NCBI GenBank assembly: GCA_951406725.2
Contig: OX597843.1
Coordinates: 13,950,001-14,014,000 of the forward strand
DNA: 64,000 bases
Direction of reading: 5' to 3'
Source: Octopus vulgaris
Lineage: Eukaryota
Below are positions 1 to 12,894 of the stretch, piece after piece. A program made the position numbers and the translations under genes. Positions within the stretch are counted from its first letter, which is position 1; every line of letters starts with the position of its first letter. The notes under the pieces were generated by a model. That model did no database searches. It was not told the DNA's origin and was given only the letters and a program-made list of their open reading frames with translations.

Positions 1-913
1 GAAATGAAACAGCCTCACATATTGTGAGAGTAGCAAGCTGACCCAAAAGCACTACAAAAGGAGACACAATAACATGGGTAAGTTTGTCCACAGGAGGCTA
101 AGTGAAAAGTATGGCCTGAACAGAGCATGGAAATGGTACAAACAGGAACCGGAAGGAGTCACTGAGATACTGTGGGATTTTACAATCCAATGTGACTCCC
201 TAATCAAGGCTCAGAGATAAAGAAAAAAAAGAAACCAAGATCATAGATATTAGTTAGTTAATTTTTTGGCTCAAAACGCAAAAAGCAAGGCCATGTAGGG
301 GGACATGGAGTTAAGTACAGGTGTTTATGCAAAGAGTTCAGGCCATTTCTGGTCAAGAGAGACTTTGAACCGAGCGGCCGTCGGCATCTTCACTATCTCG
401 TCCAGCAGCTTATTCCACGGATCCGCAACCTGGACGGAGAAAGCCCCTCTCCTTCGATTGAGATGAAATTGTCGCAGATAGAGCTTTTCGGAATGACCCC
501 GCAGCCGACGCTCTGGAGCAGGAGTGAAGAACAGCTCTTTCGAGAGGTTACACTTTCTGCTTATGATGTTGTGAGCAAGAATGATATCACCACGGCGGCG
601 GCGTTTTTCTAGAGAATAAAGGTCGAGCGTCTTCAGCCTTTCTTCATAAAACAAATTCTTGAGACCACACCTAAGGGACAAAGAACTAGAAAAGATTGAA
701 AAGTACAGAGAATACTAAAAGATGAAATTGCAAGAATGCTGGCTATGAGGAGAGTGTCTGTCATTCCAGAAGTTGTGGGGGCACTCAGAGTACTAGGAAC
801 CAAGTTTGAGAAATATGTCAGAGAAATCAGAATTGACATGAGAACAGAGCAAGCCCCAAACGTCTGCTCTGCTGGGGGCAGCTAAGATTTTGAGATTGGT
901 ACCTGGATGTTGA
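1..913 (+). mobile_element. Degenerate 3' part of an R4/Dong-type (RLE endonuclease) non-LTR retrotransposon, interrupted by a CR1 fragment
   Basis: Manual translation gives NETASHIV..SKLTQKHYKRRHNNMGKFVHRRLSEKYGL..ILWDFTIQCD..KETKIIDI (1-250). It resumes after ~670 as KELEKIEKY..LKDEIARMLAMRRVSVIPEVVGALRVL..SALLGAAKILRLVPGC*. These are RHN/RHD and RLE C-terminal motifs; frameshifted. Confidence 0.8.
251..668 (-). mobile_element. CR1-like LINE 3' fragment (RT C-terminus and 3' UTR)
   Basis: ORF 325-681: YEERLKTLDLYSLEKRRRRGDII..RGHSEKL..FSVQVADPWNKL, a typical CR1 ORF2 end. A second copy lies at 61586-61856. Confidence 0.85.
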
Positions 914-1149
914 ATGTCTTCCACGATTATTAACAACCGAGTATCAAAGCTTGTAATGTGTGGAAAGAGACCCTGAGAGATCCTGAGATGGCTGGATGCT
1001 GTCTGCTCTCTCACGGAATCTACCAGAACAAACAAGACTGATCTTTCTGAGAAGTAAAACAATAATAATGATGATGATGATAGAAAATGACCAAACATAA
1101 TAATTGATGAGGAAGTTGCTTACTAATTGATTCCTCATGTCCATTTGGT

Positions 1150-1480
1150 TCCAGGAAGAGGACAAAACCAAAGAAAATGTAATCCCTTAGAATTTGAAAT
1201 TACAAGAATTTGGAATAAGAAAATTGTAGAGGTTGTGCCTGAAACAATTGGTGCATTGAGAACTGGAAGCAAAGATAAAAACAGATGGTTGGAGGAGATT
1301 GGAATAGAATGCCTGGGAGAGGTTCATTGGAATGATTGTCTTTTAGGGACAGGAAAGAGTTACAGGAGGTTTTAAGCAATTGAAAGACTATTGAAAGCTT
1401 GTGGGAATCTAAGGTCACAAGTAGTAACCTGTTAACCACATAAATTCTTCCAGGAATAAGAACAAACCCGAGTGAAATAA
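1150..1480 (+). mobile_element. Second R4/Dong-type RLE C-terminal remnant
   Basis: LEFEITRIWNKKIVEVVPETIGALRTGSK..WLEEIGIE..CLLGT resembles the RLE C-terminus at 670-913. Confidence 0.6.
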
Positions 1481-1527
1481 ATAAATAAAGCTAATGATTC
1501 TACCAGCTAAACAGTCTTAATAATAAT

Positions 1528-1775
1528 CATCGTTTAACGTCCACTTTCCATACTAGCATGGGTTGGACGTATGACTGAGGGCTGGCAAACCAGATGGCTG
1601 CACCAGGCTTCAATCTTGATCTGGCAGAGCTTCTACAGCTGGATACCCTTCCTAACGCCAACCACTCCAAGAGTGTAGTGGGTGCTTTTACATGCCACCG
1701 GCCTGGGGCTAGTCAGGCAGTACTGGCAACGACCTCACTCAAATCTTTTACACATGCCATTGGCACAGGTGCCAA
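1528..1775 (+). mobile_element. SINE-like interspersed repeat (CATCGTTTAACGTCC..CATGCTAGCATGGG family)
   Basis: The same sequence recurs at 12105-12778, 20316-20460 (opposite strand), 36760-37135, 48875-49140 and 59420-59630. Confidence 0.75.
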
Positions 1776-1787
1776 ATAATAATAATA

Positions 1788-4700
1788 AATGCCCTGATGC
1801 AGTCCCAGGCAGTGGCTCTCATGGCTTCTGATCTTAACTGATTGGAAGTGTTATCATGTACATTGTTTTGTCTTGCTATAAAAGATGGACTACAGCAAAT
1901 ATTCTGCTCAATACCACAGATTTGCTAATGCCCTGATGCAGTCCCAGGCAGTGGCTCTCATGGCTTCTGATCTTAACTGATTGGAAGTGTTATCATGTAC
2001 ATTGTTTTGTCTTGGTATAAAAGATGGACTACAGCAAATATTCTGCTCAATACCACAGATTTGCTAATGCCCTGATGCAGTCCCAGGCAGTGGCTCTCAT
2101 GGCTTCTGATCTTAACTGATTGGAAGTGTTATCATGTACATTGTTTTGTCTTGGTATAAAAGATGGGCTACAGCAAATATTCTGCTCAATACCACAGATT
2201 TGCTAATGCCCTGATGCAATACCAGGCAGTGGCTCTCATGGCTTCTGATCTTAACTGATTGGAAGTGTTATCATGTACATTGTTTTGTCTTGGTATAAAA
2301 GATGGACTACAGCAAATATTCTGCTCAATACCACAGATTTGCTAATGCCCTGATGCAATACCAGGCAGTGGCTCTCATGGCTTCTGATCTTAACTGATTG
2401 GAAGTGTTATCATGTACATTGTTTTGTCTTGGTATAAAAGATGGGCTACAGCAAATATTCTGCTCAATACCACAGATTTGCTAATGCCCTGATGCAGTCC
2501 CAGGCAGTGGCTCTCATGGCTTCTGATCTTAACTGATTGGAAGTGTTATCATGTACATTGTTTTGTCTTGGTATAAAAGATGGGCTACAGCAAATATTCT
2601 GCTCAATACCACAGATTTGCTAATGCCCTGATGCAGTCCCAGGCAGTGGCTCTCATGGCTTCTGATCTTAACTGATTGGAAGTGTTATCATGTACATTGT
2701 TTTGTCTTGGTATAAGATGGGCTACAGCAAATATTCTGCTCAATACCACAGATTTGCTAATGCCCTGATGCAGTCCCAGGCAGTGGCTCTCATGGCTTCT
2801 GATCTTAACTGATTGGAAGTGTTATCATGTACATTGTTTTGTCTTGGTATAAAAGATGGACTACAGCAAATATTCTGCTCAATACCACAGATTTGCTAAT
2901 GCCCTGATGCAGTCCCAGGCAGTGGCTCTCATGGCTTCTGATCTTAACTGATTGGAAGTGTTATCATGTACATTGTTTTGTCTTGGTATAAAAGATGGAC
3001 TACAGCAAATATTCTGCTCAATACCACAGATTTGCTAATGCCCTGATGCAGTCCCAGGCAGTGGCTCTCATGGCTTCTGATCTTAACTGATTGGAAGTGT
3101 TATCATGTACATTGTTTTGTCTTGGTATAAAAGATGGACTACAGCAAATATTCTGCTCAATACCACAGATTTGCTAATGCCCTGATGCAGTCCCAGGCAG
3201 TGGCTCTCATGGCTTCTGATCTTAACTGATTGGAAGTGTTATCATGTACATTGTTTTGTCTTGGTATAAAAGATGGGCTACAGCAAATATTCTGCTCAAT
3301 ACCACAGATTTGCTAATGCCCTGATGCAATACCAGGCAGTGGCTCTCATGGCTTCTGATCTTAACTGATTGGAAGTGTTATCATGTACATTGTTTTGTCT
3401 TGGTATAAAAGATGGGCTACAGCAAATATTCTGCTCAATACCACAGATTTGCTAATGCCCTGATGCAGTCCCAGGCAGTGGCTCTCATGGCTTCTGATCT
3501 TAACTGATTGGAAGTGTTATCATGTACATTGTTTTGTCTTGGTATAAAAGATGGGCTACAGCAAATATTCTGCTCAATACCACAGATTTGCTAATGCCCT
3601 GATGCAGTCCCAGGCAGTGGCTCTCATGGCTTCTGATCTTAACTGATTGGAAGTGTTATCATGTACATTGTTTTGTCTTGGTATAAAAGATGGGCTACAG
3701 CAAATATTCTGCTCAATACCACAGATTTGCTAATGCCCTGATGCAGTCCCAGGCAGTGGCTCTCATGGCTTCTGATCTTAACTGATTGGAAGTGTTATCA
3801 TGTACATTGTTTTGTCTTGGTATAAAAGATGGGCTACAGCAAATATTCTGCTCAATACCACAGATTTGCTAATGCCCTGATGCAGTCCCAGGCAGTGGCT
3901 CTCATGGCTTCTGATCTTAACTGATTGGAAGTGTTATCATGTACTTTGTTTTGTCTTGGTATAAAAGATGGGCTACAGCAAATATTCTGCTCAATACCAC
4001 AGATTTGCTAATGCCCTGATGCAGTCCCAGGCAGTGGCTCTCATGGCTTCTGATCTTAACTGATTGGAAGTGTTATCATGTACATTGTTTTGTCTTGGTA
4101 TAAAAGATGGGCTACAGCAAATATTCTGCTCAATACCACAGATTTGCTAATGCCCTGATGCAGTCCCAGGCAGTGGCTCTCATGGCTTCTGATCTTAACT
4201 GATTGGAAGTGTTATCATGTACATTGTTTTGTCTTGGTATAAAAGATGGGCTACAGCAAATATTCTGCTCAATACCACAGATTTGCTAATGCCCTGATGC
4301 AGTCCCAGGCAGTGGCTCTCATGGCTTCTGATCTTAACTGATTGGAAGTGTTATCATGTACATTGTTTTGTCTTGGTATAAAAAGATGGGCTACAGCAAA
4401 TATTCTGCTCAATACCACAGATTTGCTAATGCCCTGATGCAGTCCCAGGCAGTGGCTCTCATGGCTTCTGATCTTAACTGATTGGAAGTGTTATCATGTA
4501 CATTGTTTTGTCTTGGTATAAAAGATGGACTACAGCAAATATTCTGCTCAATACCACAGATTTGCTAATGCCCTGATGCAGTCCCAGGCAGTGGCTCTCA
4601 TGGCTTCTGATCTTAACTGATTGGAAGTGTTATCATGTACATTGTTTTGTCTTGGTATAAAGATGGGCTACAGCAAATATTCTGCTCAATACCACAGATT

Positions 4701-7700
4701 TGCTAATGCCCTGATGCAATACCAGGCAGTGGCTCTCATGGCTTCTGATCTTAACTGATTGGAAGTGTTATCATGTACATTGTTTTGTCTTGGTATAAAA
4801 GATGGGCTACAGCAAATATTCTGCTCAATACCACAGATTTGCTAATGCCCTGATGCAGTCCCAGGCAGTGGCTCTCATGGCTTCTGATCTTAACTGATTG
4901 GAAGTGTTATCATGTACATTGTTTTGTCTTGGTATAAAAGATGGGCTACAGCAAATATTCTGCTCAATACCACAGATTTGCTAATGCCCTGATGCAGTCC
5001 CAGGCAGTGGCTCTCATGGCTTCTGATCTTAACTGATTGGAAGTGTTATCATGTACATTGTTTTGTCTTGGTATAAAAGATGGGCTACAGCAAATATTCT
5101 GCTCAATACCACAGATTTGCTAATGCCCTGATGCAGTCCCAGGCAGTGGCTCTCATGGCTTCTGATCTTAACTGATTGGAAGTGTTATCATGTACATTGT
5201 TTTGTCTTGGTATAAAAGATGGGCTACAGCAAATATTCTGCTCAATACCACAGATTTGCTAATGCCCTGATGCAGTCCCAGGCAGTGGCTCTCATGGCTT
5301 CTGATCTTAACTGATTGGAAGTGTTATCATGTACATTGTTTTGTCTTGGTATAAAAGATGGACTACAGCAAATATTCTACTCAATACCACAGATTTGCTA
5401 ATGCCCTGATGCAGTCCCATGCAGTGGCTCTCATGGCTTCTGATCTTAACTGATTGGAAGTGTTATCATGTACATTGTTTTGTCTTGGTATAAAAGATGG
5501 ACTACAGCAAATATTCTGCTCAATACCACAGATTTGCTAATGCCCTGATGCAGTCCCATGCAGTGGCTCTCATGGCTTCTGATCTTAACTGATTGGAAGT
5601 GTTATCATGTACATTGTTTTGTCTTGGTATAAAAGATGGGCTACAGCAAATATTCTGCTCAATACCACAGATTTGCTAATGCCCTGATGCAGTCCCATGC
5701 AGTGGCTCTCATGGCTTCTGATCTTAACTGATTGGAAGTGTTATCATGTACATTGTTTTGTCTTGGTATAAAAGATGGGCTACAGCAAATATTCTGCTCA
5801 ATACCACAGATTTGCTAATGCCCTGATGCAGTCCCAGGCAGTGGCTCTCATGGCTTCTGATCTTAACTGATTGGAAGTGTTATCATGTACATTGTTTTGT
5901 CTTGGTATAAAAGATGGGCTACAGCAAATATTCTGCTCAATACCACAGATTTGCTAATGCCCTGATGCAGTCCCAGGCAGTGGCTCTCATGGCTTCTGAT
6001 CTTAACTGATTGGAAGTGTTATCATGTACATTGTTTTGTCTTGGTATAAAAGATGGGCTACAGCAAATATTCTGCTCAATACCACAGATTTGCTAATGCC
6101 CTGATGCAGTCCCAGGCAGTGGCTCTCATGGCTTCTGATCTTAACTGATTGGAAGTGTTATCATGTACATTGTTTTGTCTTGGTATAAAAGATGGGCTAC
6201 AGCAAATATTCTGCTCAATACCACAGATTTGCTAATGCCCTGATGCAGTCCCAGGCAGTGGCTCTCATGGCTTCTGATCTTAACTGATTGGAAGTGTTAT
6301 CATGTACATTGTTTTGTCTTGGTATAAAAGATGGGCTACAGCAAATATTCTGCTCAATACCACAGATTTGCTAATGCCCTGATGCAGTCCCAGGCAGTGG
6401 CTCTCATGGCTTCTGATCTTAACTGATTGGAAGTGTTATCATGTACATTGTTTTGTCTTGGTATAAAAGATGGGCTACAGCAAATATTCTGCTCAATACC
6501 ACAGATTTGCTAATGCCCTGATGCAGTCCCAGGCAGTGGCTCTCATGGCTTCTGATCTTAACTGATTGGAAGTGTTATCATGTACATTGTTTTGTCTTGG
6601 TATAAAAGATGGACTACAGCAAATATTCTGCTCAATACCACAGATTTGCTAATGCCCTGATGCAGTCCCATGCAGTGGCTCTCATGGCTTCTGATCTTAA
6701 CTGATTGGAAGTGTTATCATGTACATTGTTTTGTCTTGGTATAAAAGATGGGCTACAGCAAATATTCTGCTCAATACCACAGATTTGCTAATGCCCTGAT
6801 GCAGTACCAGGCAGTGGCTCTCATGGCTTCTGATCTTAACTGATTGGAAGTGTTATCATGTACATTGTTTTGTCTTGGTATAAAAGATGGGCTACAGCAA
6901 ATATTCTGCTCAATACCACAGATTTGCTAATGCCCTGATGCAGTCCCAGGCAGTGGCTCTCATGGCTTCTGATCTTAACTGATTGGAAGTGTTATCATGT
7001 ACATTGTTTTGTCTTGGTATAAAAGATGGGCTACAGCAAATATTCTGCTCAATACCACAGATTTGCTAATGCCCTGATGCAGTCCCAGGCAGTGGCTCTC
7101 ATGGCTTCTGATCTTAACTGATTGGAAGTGTTATCATGTACATTGTTTTGTCTTGGTATAAAAGATGGGCTACAGCAAATATTCTGCTCAATACCACAGA
7201 TTTGCTAATGCCCTGATGCAGTCCCAGGCAGTGGCTCTCATGGCTTCTGATCTTAACTGATTGGAAGTGTTATCATGTACATTGTTTTGTCTTGGTATAA
7301 AAGATGGGCTACAGCAAATATTCTGCTCAATACCACAGATTTGCTAATGCCCTGATGCAGTCCCAGGCAGTGGCTCTCATGGCTTCTGATCTTAACTGAT
7401 TGGAAGTGTTATCATGTACATTGTTTTGTCTTGGTATAAAAGATGGGCTACAGCAAATATTCTGCTCAATACCACAGATTTGCTAATGCCCTGATGCAGT
7501 CCCAGGCAGTGGCTCTCATGGCTTCTGATCTTAACTGATTGGAAGTGTTATCATGTACATTGTTTTGTCTTGGTATAAAAGATGGGCTACAGCAAATATT
7601 CTGCTCAATACCACAGATTTGCTAATGCCCTGATGCAGTCCCAGGCAGTGGCTCTCATGGCTTCTGATCTTAACTGATTGGAAGTGTTATCATGTACATT

Positions 7701-9009
7701 GTTTTGTCTTGGTATAAAAGATGGGCTACAGCAAATATTCTGCTCAATACCACAGATTTGCTAATGCCCTGATGCAGTCCCAGGCAGTGGCTCTCATGGC
7801 TTCTGATCTTAACTGATTGGAAGTGTTATCATGTACATTGTTTTGTCTTGGTATAAAAGATGGGCTACAGCAAATATTCTGCTCAATACCACAGATTTGC
7901 TAATGCCCTGATGCAGTCCCAGGCAGTGGCTCTCATGGCTTCTGATCTTAACTGATTGGAAGTGTTATCATGTACATTGTTTTGTCTTGGTATAAAAGAT
8001 GGGCTACAGCAAATATTCTGCTCAATACCACAGATTTGCTAATGCCCTGATGCAGTCCCAGGCAGTGGCTCTCATGGCTTCTGATCTTAACTGATTGGAA
8101 GTGTTATCATGTACATTGTTTTGTCTTGGTATAAAAGATGGGCTACAGCAAATATTCTGCTCAATACCACAGATTTGCTAATGCCCTGATGCAGTCCCAG
8201 GCAGTGGCTCTCATGGCTTCTGATCTTAACTGATTGGAAGTGTTATCATGTACATTGTTTTGTCTTGGTATAAAAGATGGGCTACAGCAAATATTCTGCT
8301 CAATACCACAGATTTGCTAATGCCCTGATGCAGTACCAGGCAGTGGCTCTCATGGCTTCTGATCTTAACTGATTGTAAGTGTTATTATGTACATGTTTTG
8401 TCTTGGTATAAAAGATGGGCTACAGCAAATATTCTGCTCAATACCACAGATTTGCTAATGCCCTGATGCAGTACCAGGCAGTGGCTCTCATGGCTTCTGA
8501 TCTTAACTGATTGGAAGTGTTATTATGTACATGTTTTGTCTTGGTATAAAAGATGGGCTACAGCAAATATTCTGCTCAATACCACAGATTTGCTAATGCC
8601 CTGATGCAGTCCCATGCAGTGGCTCTCATGGCTTCTGATCTTAACTGATTGTAAGTGTTATTATGTACATGTTTTGTCTTGGTATAAAAGATGGGCTACA
8701 GCAAATATTCTGCTCAATACCACAGATTTGCTAATGCCCTGATGCAGTACCAGGCAGTGGCTCTCATGGCTTCTGATCTTAACTGATTGGAAGTGTTATC
8801 ATGTACTTTGTTTTGTCTTGGTATAAAAGATGGGCTACAGCAAATATTCTGCTCAATACCACAGATTTGCTAATGCCCTGATGCAGTCCCAGGCAGTGGC
8901 TCTCATGGCTTCTGATCTTAACTGATTGGAAGTGTTATCATGTACATTGTTTTGTCTTGGTATAAAAGATGGGCTACAGCAAATATTCTGTTCAAAACCA
9001 CAGATTTGC
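1788..9009. repeat. Tandem satellite array, 139-bp unit, about 52 near-identical copies
   Basis: Unit taatgccctgatgcagtcccaggcagtggctctc..aataccacagatttgc; GCCCTG starts at 1791, 1930 and 2069 (period 139). Confidence 0.98.
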
Positions 9010-9430
9010 TTGTCAGTTGTTTGACCTTAACTAATCGAGCATGTTCTTAGGTGGCTGACGATATGTGCATCTCTGATCACGAGCAGAAGTAGTGGGGGGG
9101 AGCATCATAGTTATGTGCCGAGAGGAAATCTTTGAGGTTTGAATAATTCACCTCTGGAAACATGGGTATTTCATTCAACATCCTTAAACAACCCTTATTC
9201 AGGGACCTTTTGAGCAGGATAGGTTACTTGAAGAAAATTCTAACTGGGCCCCACCTGCAAGGTCATGCACTTTTTATCTTAGTATGAGATCACCATGTCA
9301 CACACATATGGTTGTGATGCATGTGCCCAGTGTACCCTTATCAGATAGGTGGTCATGATGGGTATACTGGGCTCCGTATAATTTATCCCAGCATCACTTT
9401 GATGGCATGCACTACTCTCTCTCTCTCAAT
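9010..9430. mobile_element. Non-repeated continuation of the element whose first 139 bp form the satellite; ends at (CT)n-(AAT)n
   Basis: The last unit continues gatttgct-tgtcagttgtttgacc.. without a visible junction. The whole 1788-9430 block is flanked by (AAT)n on both sides. Confidence 0.6.
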
Positions 9431-9705
9431 AATAATAATAATAACCCTTTTCTACTCTAGGCACAAATTATCCATATTTTGCAGAAATTTCTTCAAAATG
9501 TGGATAGTTTATCCTGTTCATGCTATATTATCAACATTATCCCATATTTCAAAATAAAATTGTGTTATTATCTCTGTCTTTCAATACATCTCAATGCTTC
9601 TAAAGCAAACTTTGTTGACTTTCAACATAAGTTGAATTTAATATACAATAGTGTCTTATAAAGCTACATTTATATATCCTTAATTTGCAGAAGAATTTAT
9701 CATTC

Positions 9706-9779
9706 GGGTAGTTTAGCTTAATGGTAAAGCACTTGATGCATAATCACAGGGCTGTGAGTTCGAGTCTCACGGCTACCCA
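9706..9779 (+). tRNA. tRNA-like Pol III gene, Met(CAT)-like and non-canonical (pseudo-tRNA or tRNA-like ncRNA)
   Basis: Acceptor (G)GGTAGTT/GGCTACC(C); D-stem GCTT/AAGC; T-arm GTGAG-TTCGAGT-CTCAC. A-box TAGCTTAATGG, B-box GTTCGAGTC, CAT at 9739-9741, T5 at 9790-9794. The anticodon stem has 2 mismatches and G33. Confidence 0.7.
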
Positions 9780-9879
9780 CCCACAGATCTTTTTGCAACA
9801 TATGGGTATTTCATCCTGTTCATGCTATATTATTAGCATTATCCTGCATTTGAGAATAAAATCATTTCCTTATATATAT

Positions 9880-10040
9880 ATGACGACGGGCTTCTTTCAG
9901 TTTCCGTCTACCAAATCCACTCTCAAGGCTTTGGTTGGCCTGAGGCTATAGTAGAAGATACTTGCCCAAGGTACCATGCTGTGGGACTGAACTCAGAACC
10001 ATGTGGTTGGGAAGTAAGCTACTTACCACACAACCACACC
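9880..10040 (-). mobile_element. 5' part of the major tRNA-headed SINE
   Basis: Reverse complement of the 19631-19800 SINE head. Confidence 0.75.
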
Positions 10041-10299
10041 TGTAAATATATATACATACATACACATACATACACACACACAAACTCACACACATGCACA
10101 TATACATATACACATAAATATATATATATATATTGTGCTTGTACATATATGGTGTGTGTGTGCGTATGAAAAGCAGCTTGTGCCTTCTCTTGCAAAGCAT
10201 TGACAGCCCAGTAGATGGCTGTGGTGTGGGGGAGAAGAGAGTGGGGGTGTGGGGTGGATGAAAAAGGCCAGATGTGAGTGGGTTTGTGATAAAGATGAG

Positions 10300-10590
10300 G
10301 TATTATGTGGAGCGGGTGGAATGAGGGTCCAGTGGTGGGGGTGGAGGAGGGAGATTAGTGGGGTGAATGGGGGGTGGGATGAAGCTGGTGGTGAAGGGTA
10401 CAGAATTATGTGGTGGGTGGAGTGAATTTATAGCCATTGTGGAGGTGGTGGTGGTGGTGGTGGAGGTGAGGTGGTGGGGCGGGGTGGAGGAGGTGGTGAA
10501 GGAGGTGAGGTGAAGGTGGTGGTGGAGGAGGATGTGAGGGGGGGTAGCGGTCGTGGAGGTGATGATGGTGGTGGTGGTGGTGGTGTTAGT
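10300..10590. repeat. (GGT)n/(GGA)n low-complexity tract
   Basis: Direct inspection. Confidence 0.8.
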
Positions 10591-11046
10591 AGTTCTAGAT
10601 ATGAACTGCATCAAACCGTGTAGTGGCCTTCATTCCAAGGCACACTTATACCCTCCACCCCCGCCTGACCATAGCTGGGCAGTGGGGGACAGGCAGACAG
10701 CCAGGAGAGCTGTCACCCTGTGGGAATCTCTGACTGTCCCCTCTGTCAACCTTTCACTCTCCACAAACAAGGAATGTCAATTCATTTTCTTGTTACATTT
10801 CTCAGGGGTTCTCAACCCTTCTTTGCCTGAACCCTTTTCATTCTGATTTTACTCTCCTGCCTCCCCCACTCCACCTACCTATTTATAGTTTTGTAATTAA
10901 ATATTTTTAGGAATTGTATTAGAAAAATTGTTAAAATACTTTGTTTTGTAGAAATATAAACAATTTTATTGCAAATAAATTTTAATAACAAAATCTTGTA
11001 TGGAGCCTTAAGGGTCATGTTGGACCCCTGCTTGAGATCCATTAGT

Positions 11047-12025
11047 TTAACCTTTTCCTTACTGTATTTATTATGAGATGTTCTGTGTTTCTTTCAATTA
11101 CTTTAAATATAACAAAGAATTTAGTAAAATAACTTGGTTATCATTCAGCTAGTGTTAGGAACATAAATTGTGACTAAGGTTTGGTGAAAGATTTTAATTC
11201 AGAACTTTTGAAAACAAGACATTTGTACTAAGGAGCCAGAGGTGGTTTCAGCCAGGTTGGTATCAAAAGGGTTAAGAATTATTTCTCTATTATATATCTT
11301 AACCATTTTGTTACCATATTTCTGGTGAGAAGCTCTGTGTTTCTTTCAATTACTTTAAATATAACAAAGAATTTAGTAAAATAACTTGGTTATCATTCAG
11401 CTAGTGTTAGGAACGTAAATTGTGACTAAGGTTTGGTGGAAGATTTTAATTCAAAACTCATGAAAACAAGACATTTGTACTACAGAGCCAGAGCCGGCTT
11501 CAGCCAGGTTGGTATCAAAAGGGTTAAGAATTATTTCTCTATTATATATCTAAACCATTTTGTTACTGTATTTATTTTGAGATGCTCTGTGTTTCTTTCA
11601 ATTACTTTAAATATAACGAAGAATTTAGTAAAATAATTTGGTTATCATTAAGCTAGTGTTAGGAACGTAAATTGTGACCAAGGTTTGGTGGAAGATTTTA
11701 ATTCAGAACTTTTGAAAACAAGACATTTGTACTAAGGAGCCAGAGGTGGTTTCAGCCAGGTTGGTATCAAAAGGGTTAAGAATTATTTCTCTATTATATA
11801 TCTTAACCATTTTGTTACAATATTTCTGCTGAGATGCTCTGTGTTTCTTTCAATTACTTTAAATATAACAAAGAATTTAGTAAAATAACTTGGTTATCAT
11901 TAAGCTAACGTTAGGAACATAAATTTTAATCAAGATTTGGTGGAAGATTCAGAACTTATGAAAACAAAATATTTGTACAACGGAGCCAGAGACGGTTTCA
12001 GCTGGGTTGGTAATGGAAAGGCTAA
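11047..12025. mobile_element. Tandem array of four piggyBac-like MITE units (252-bp period)
   Basis: Each unit is TTAA-CC(C/A)TTTTGTTACC..GGTATCAAAAGGG-TTAA plus a constant spacer gaattatttctctattatatatc. Units start at ~11047, 11299, 11551 and 11803. Confidence 0.75.
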
Positions 12026-12104
12026 ACTATAAATAAAAATATATATATACACACACACAAACATTCCTCTACAAATATACAATATATATCATCATCATCA
12101 TCAT

Positions 12105-12778
12105 CATCGTTTAACGTCCGCTTTCCATGCTAGCATGGGTTGGACGGTTCAACTGGGGTCTGGGAAGCCCGAAGGCTGCACCAGGCCAGTCAGATGTGGC
12201 AGTGTTTCTACAGCTGGATGCCCTTCCTAACGCCAACCACTCCGAGAGTGTAGTGGGTGATTTTATGTGCCACCGACACAGGTGCCAGACGAGGCTGGCA
12301 GACGGCCACGCTCGGATGGTGTTTTTTATGTGCCACCGACACAGGTGCCAGACGAGGCTGGCAGACGGCCACGCTCGGATGGTGTTTTTTATGTGCCACC
12401 GACACAGGTGCCAGACGAGGCTGGCAGACGGCCACGCTCGGATGGTGTTTTTTATGTGCCACCGACACAGGTGCCAGACGAGGCTGGCAGACGGCCACGC
12501 TCGGATGGTGTTTTTTATGTGCCACCGACACAGGTGCCAGACGAGGCTGGCAGACGGCCACGCTCGGATGGTGTTTTCTTATGTGTCACCGACACAGGTG
12601 CTAGACGAGGCTGGCGGACGGCCACGCTCGGATGGTGTTTGTTACGTGCCCTCAGCACGGAGGCCAGTCATTGCGGTACTGGCTACGGTCACGTTCGGAT
12701 GGTTTTCTTATGTGCCACCGGCACTGGTACCACAAGGATACAAATTCCATTGATGTTCATCTATTTTGATTTGGTTCG
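12105..12778 (+). mobile_element. SINE-like repeat with an internal 63-bp minisatellite (about 6 copies, 12263-12640)
   Basis: Family head catcgtttaacgtccgctttccatgctagc; repeat unit ttatgtgccaccgacacaggtgccagacgaggctggcagacggccacgctcggatggtgtttt. Confidence 0.85.
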
Positions 12779-12894
12779 ATATATATATATATAGTTAATC
12801 CAAACATGAAAACACAAAGAGAAAACACACCAGCGCGAGGACGTGGAACGAGTATAGTGTTATTGGACACTCAGGAAAGAAGGAAAGAAGGAGG

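Noticed and set aside
1788-9009. CRISPR array or tandem hammerhead (retrozyme) array
   Set aside because: There are no unique spacers. CTGATGC lacks the CUGANGA consensus and I see no matching GAAA box with stems.
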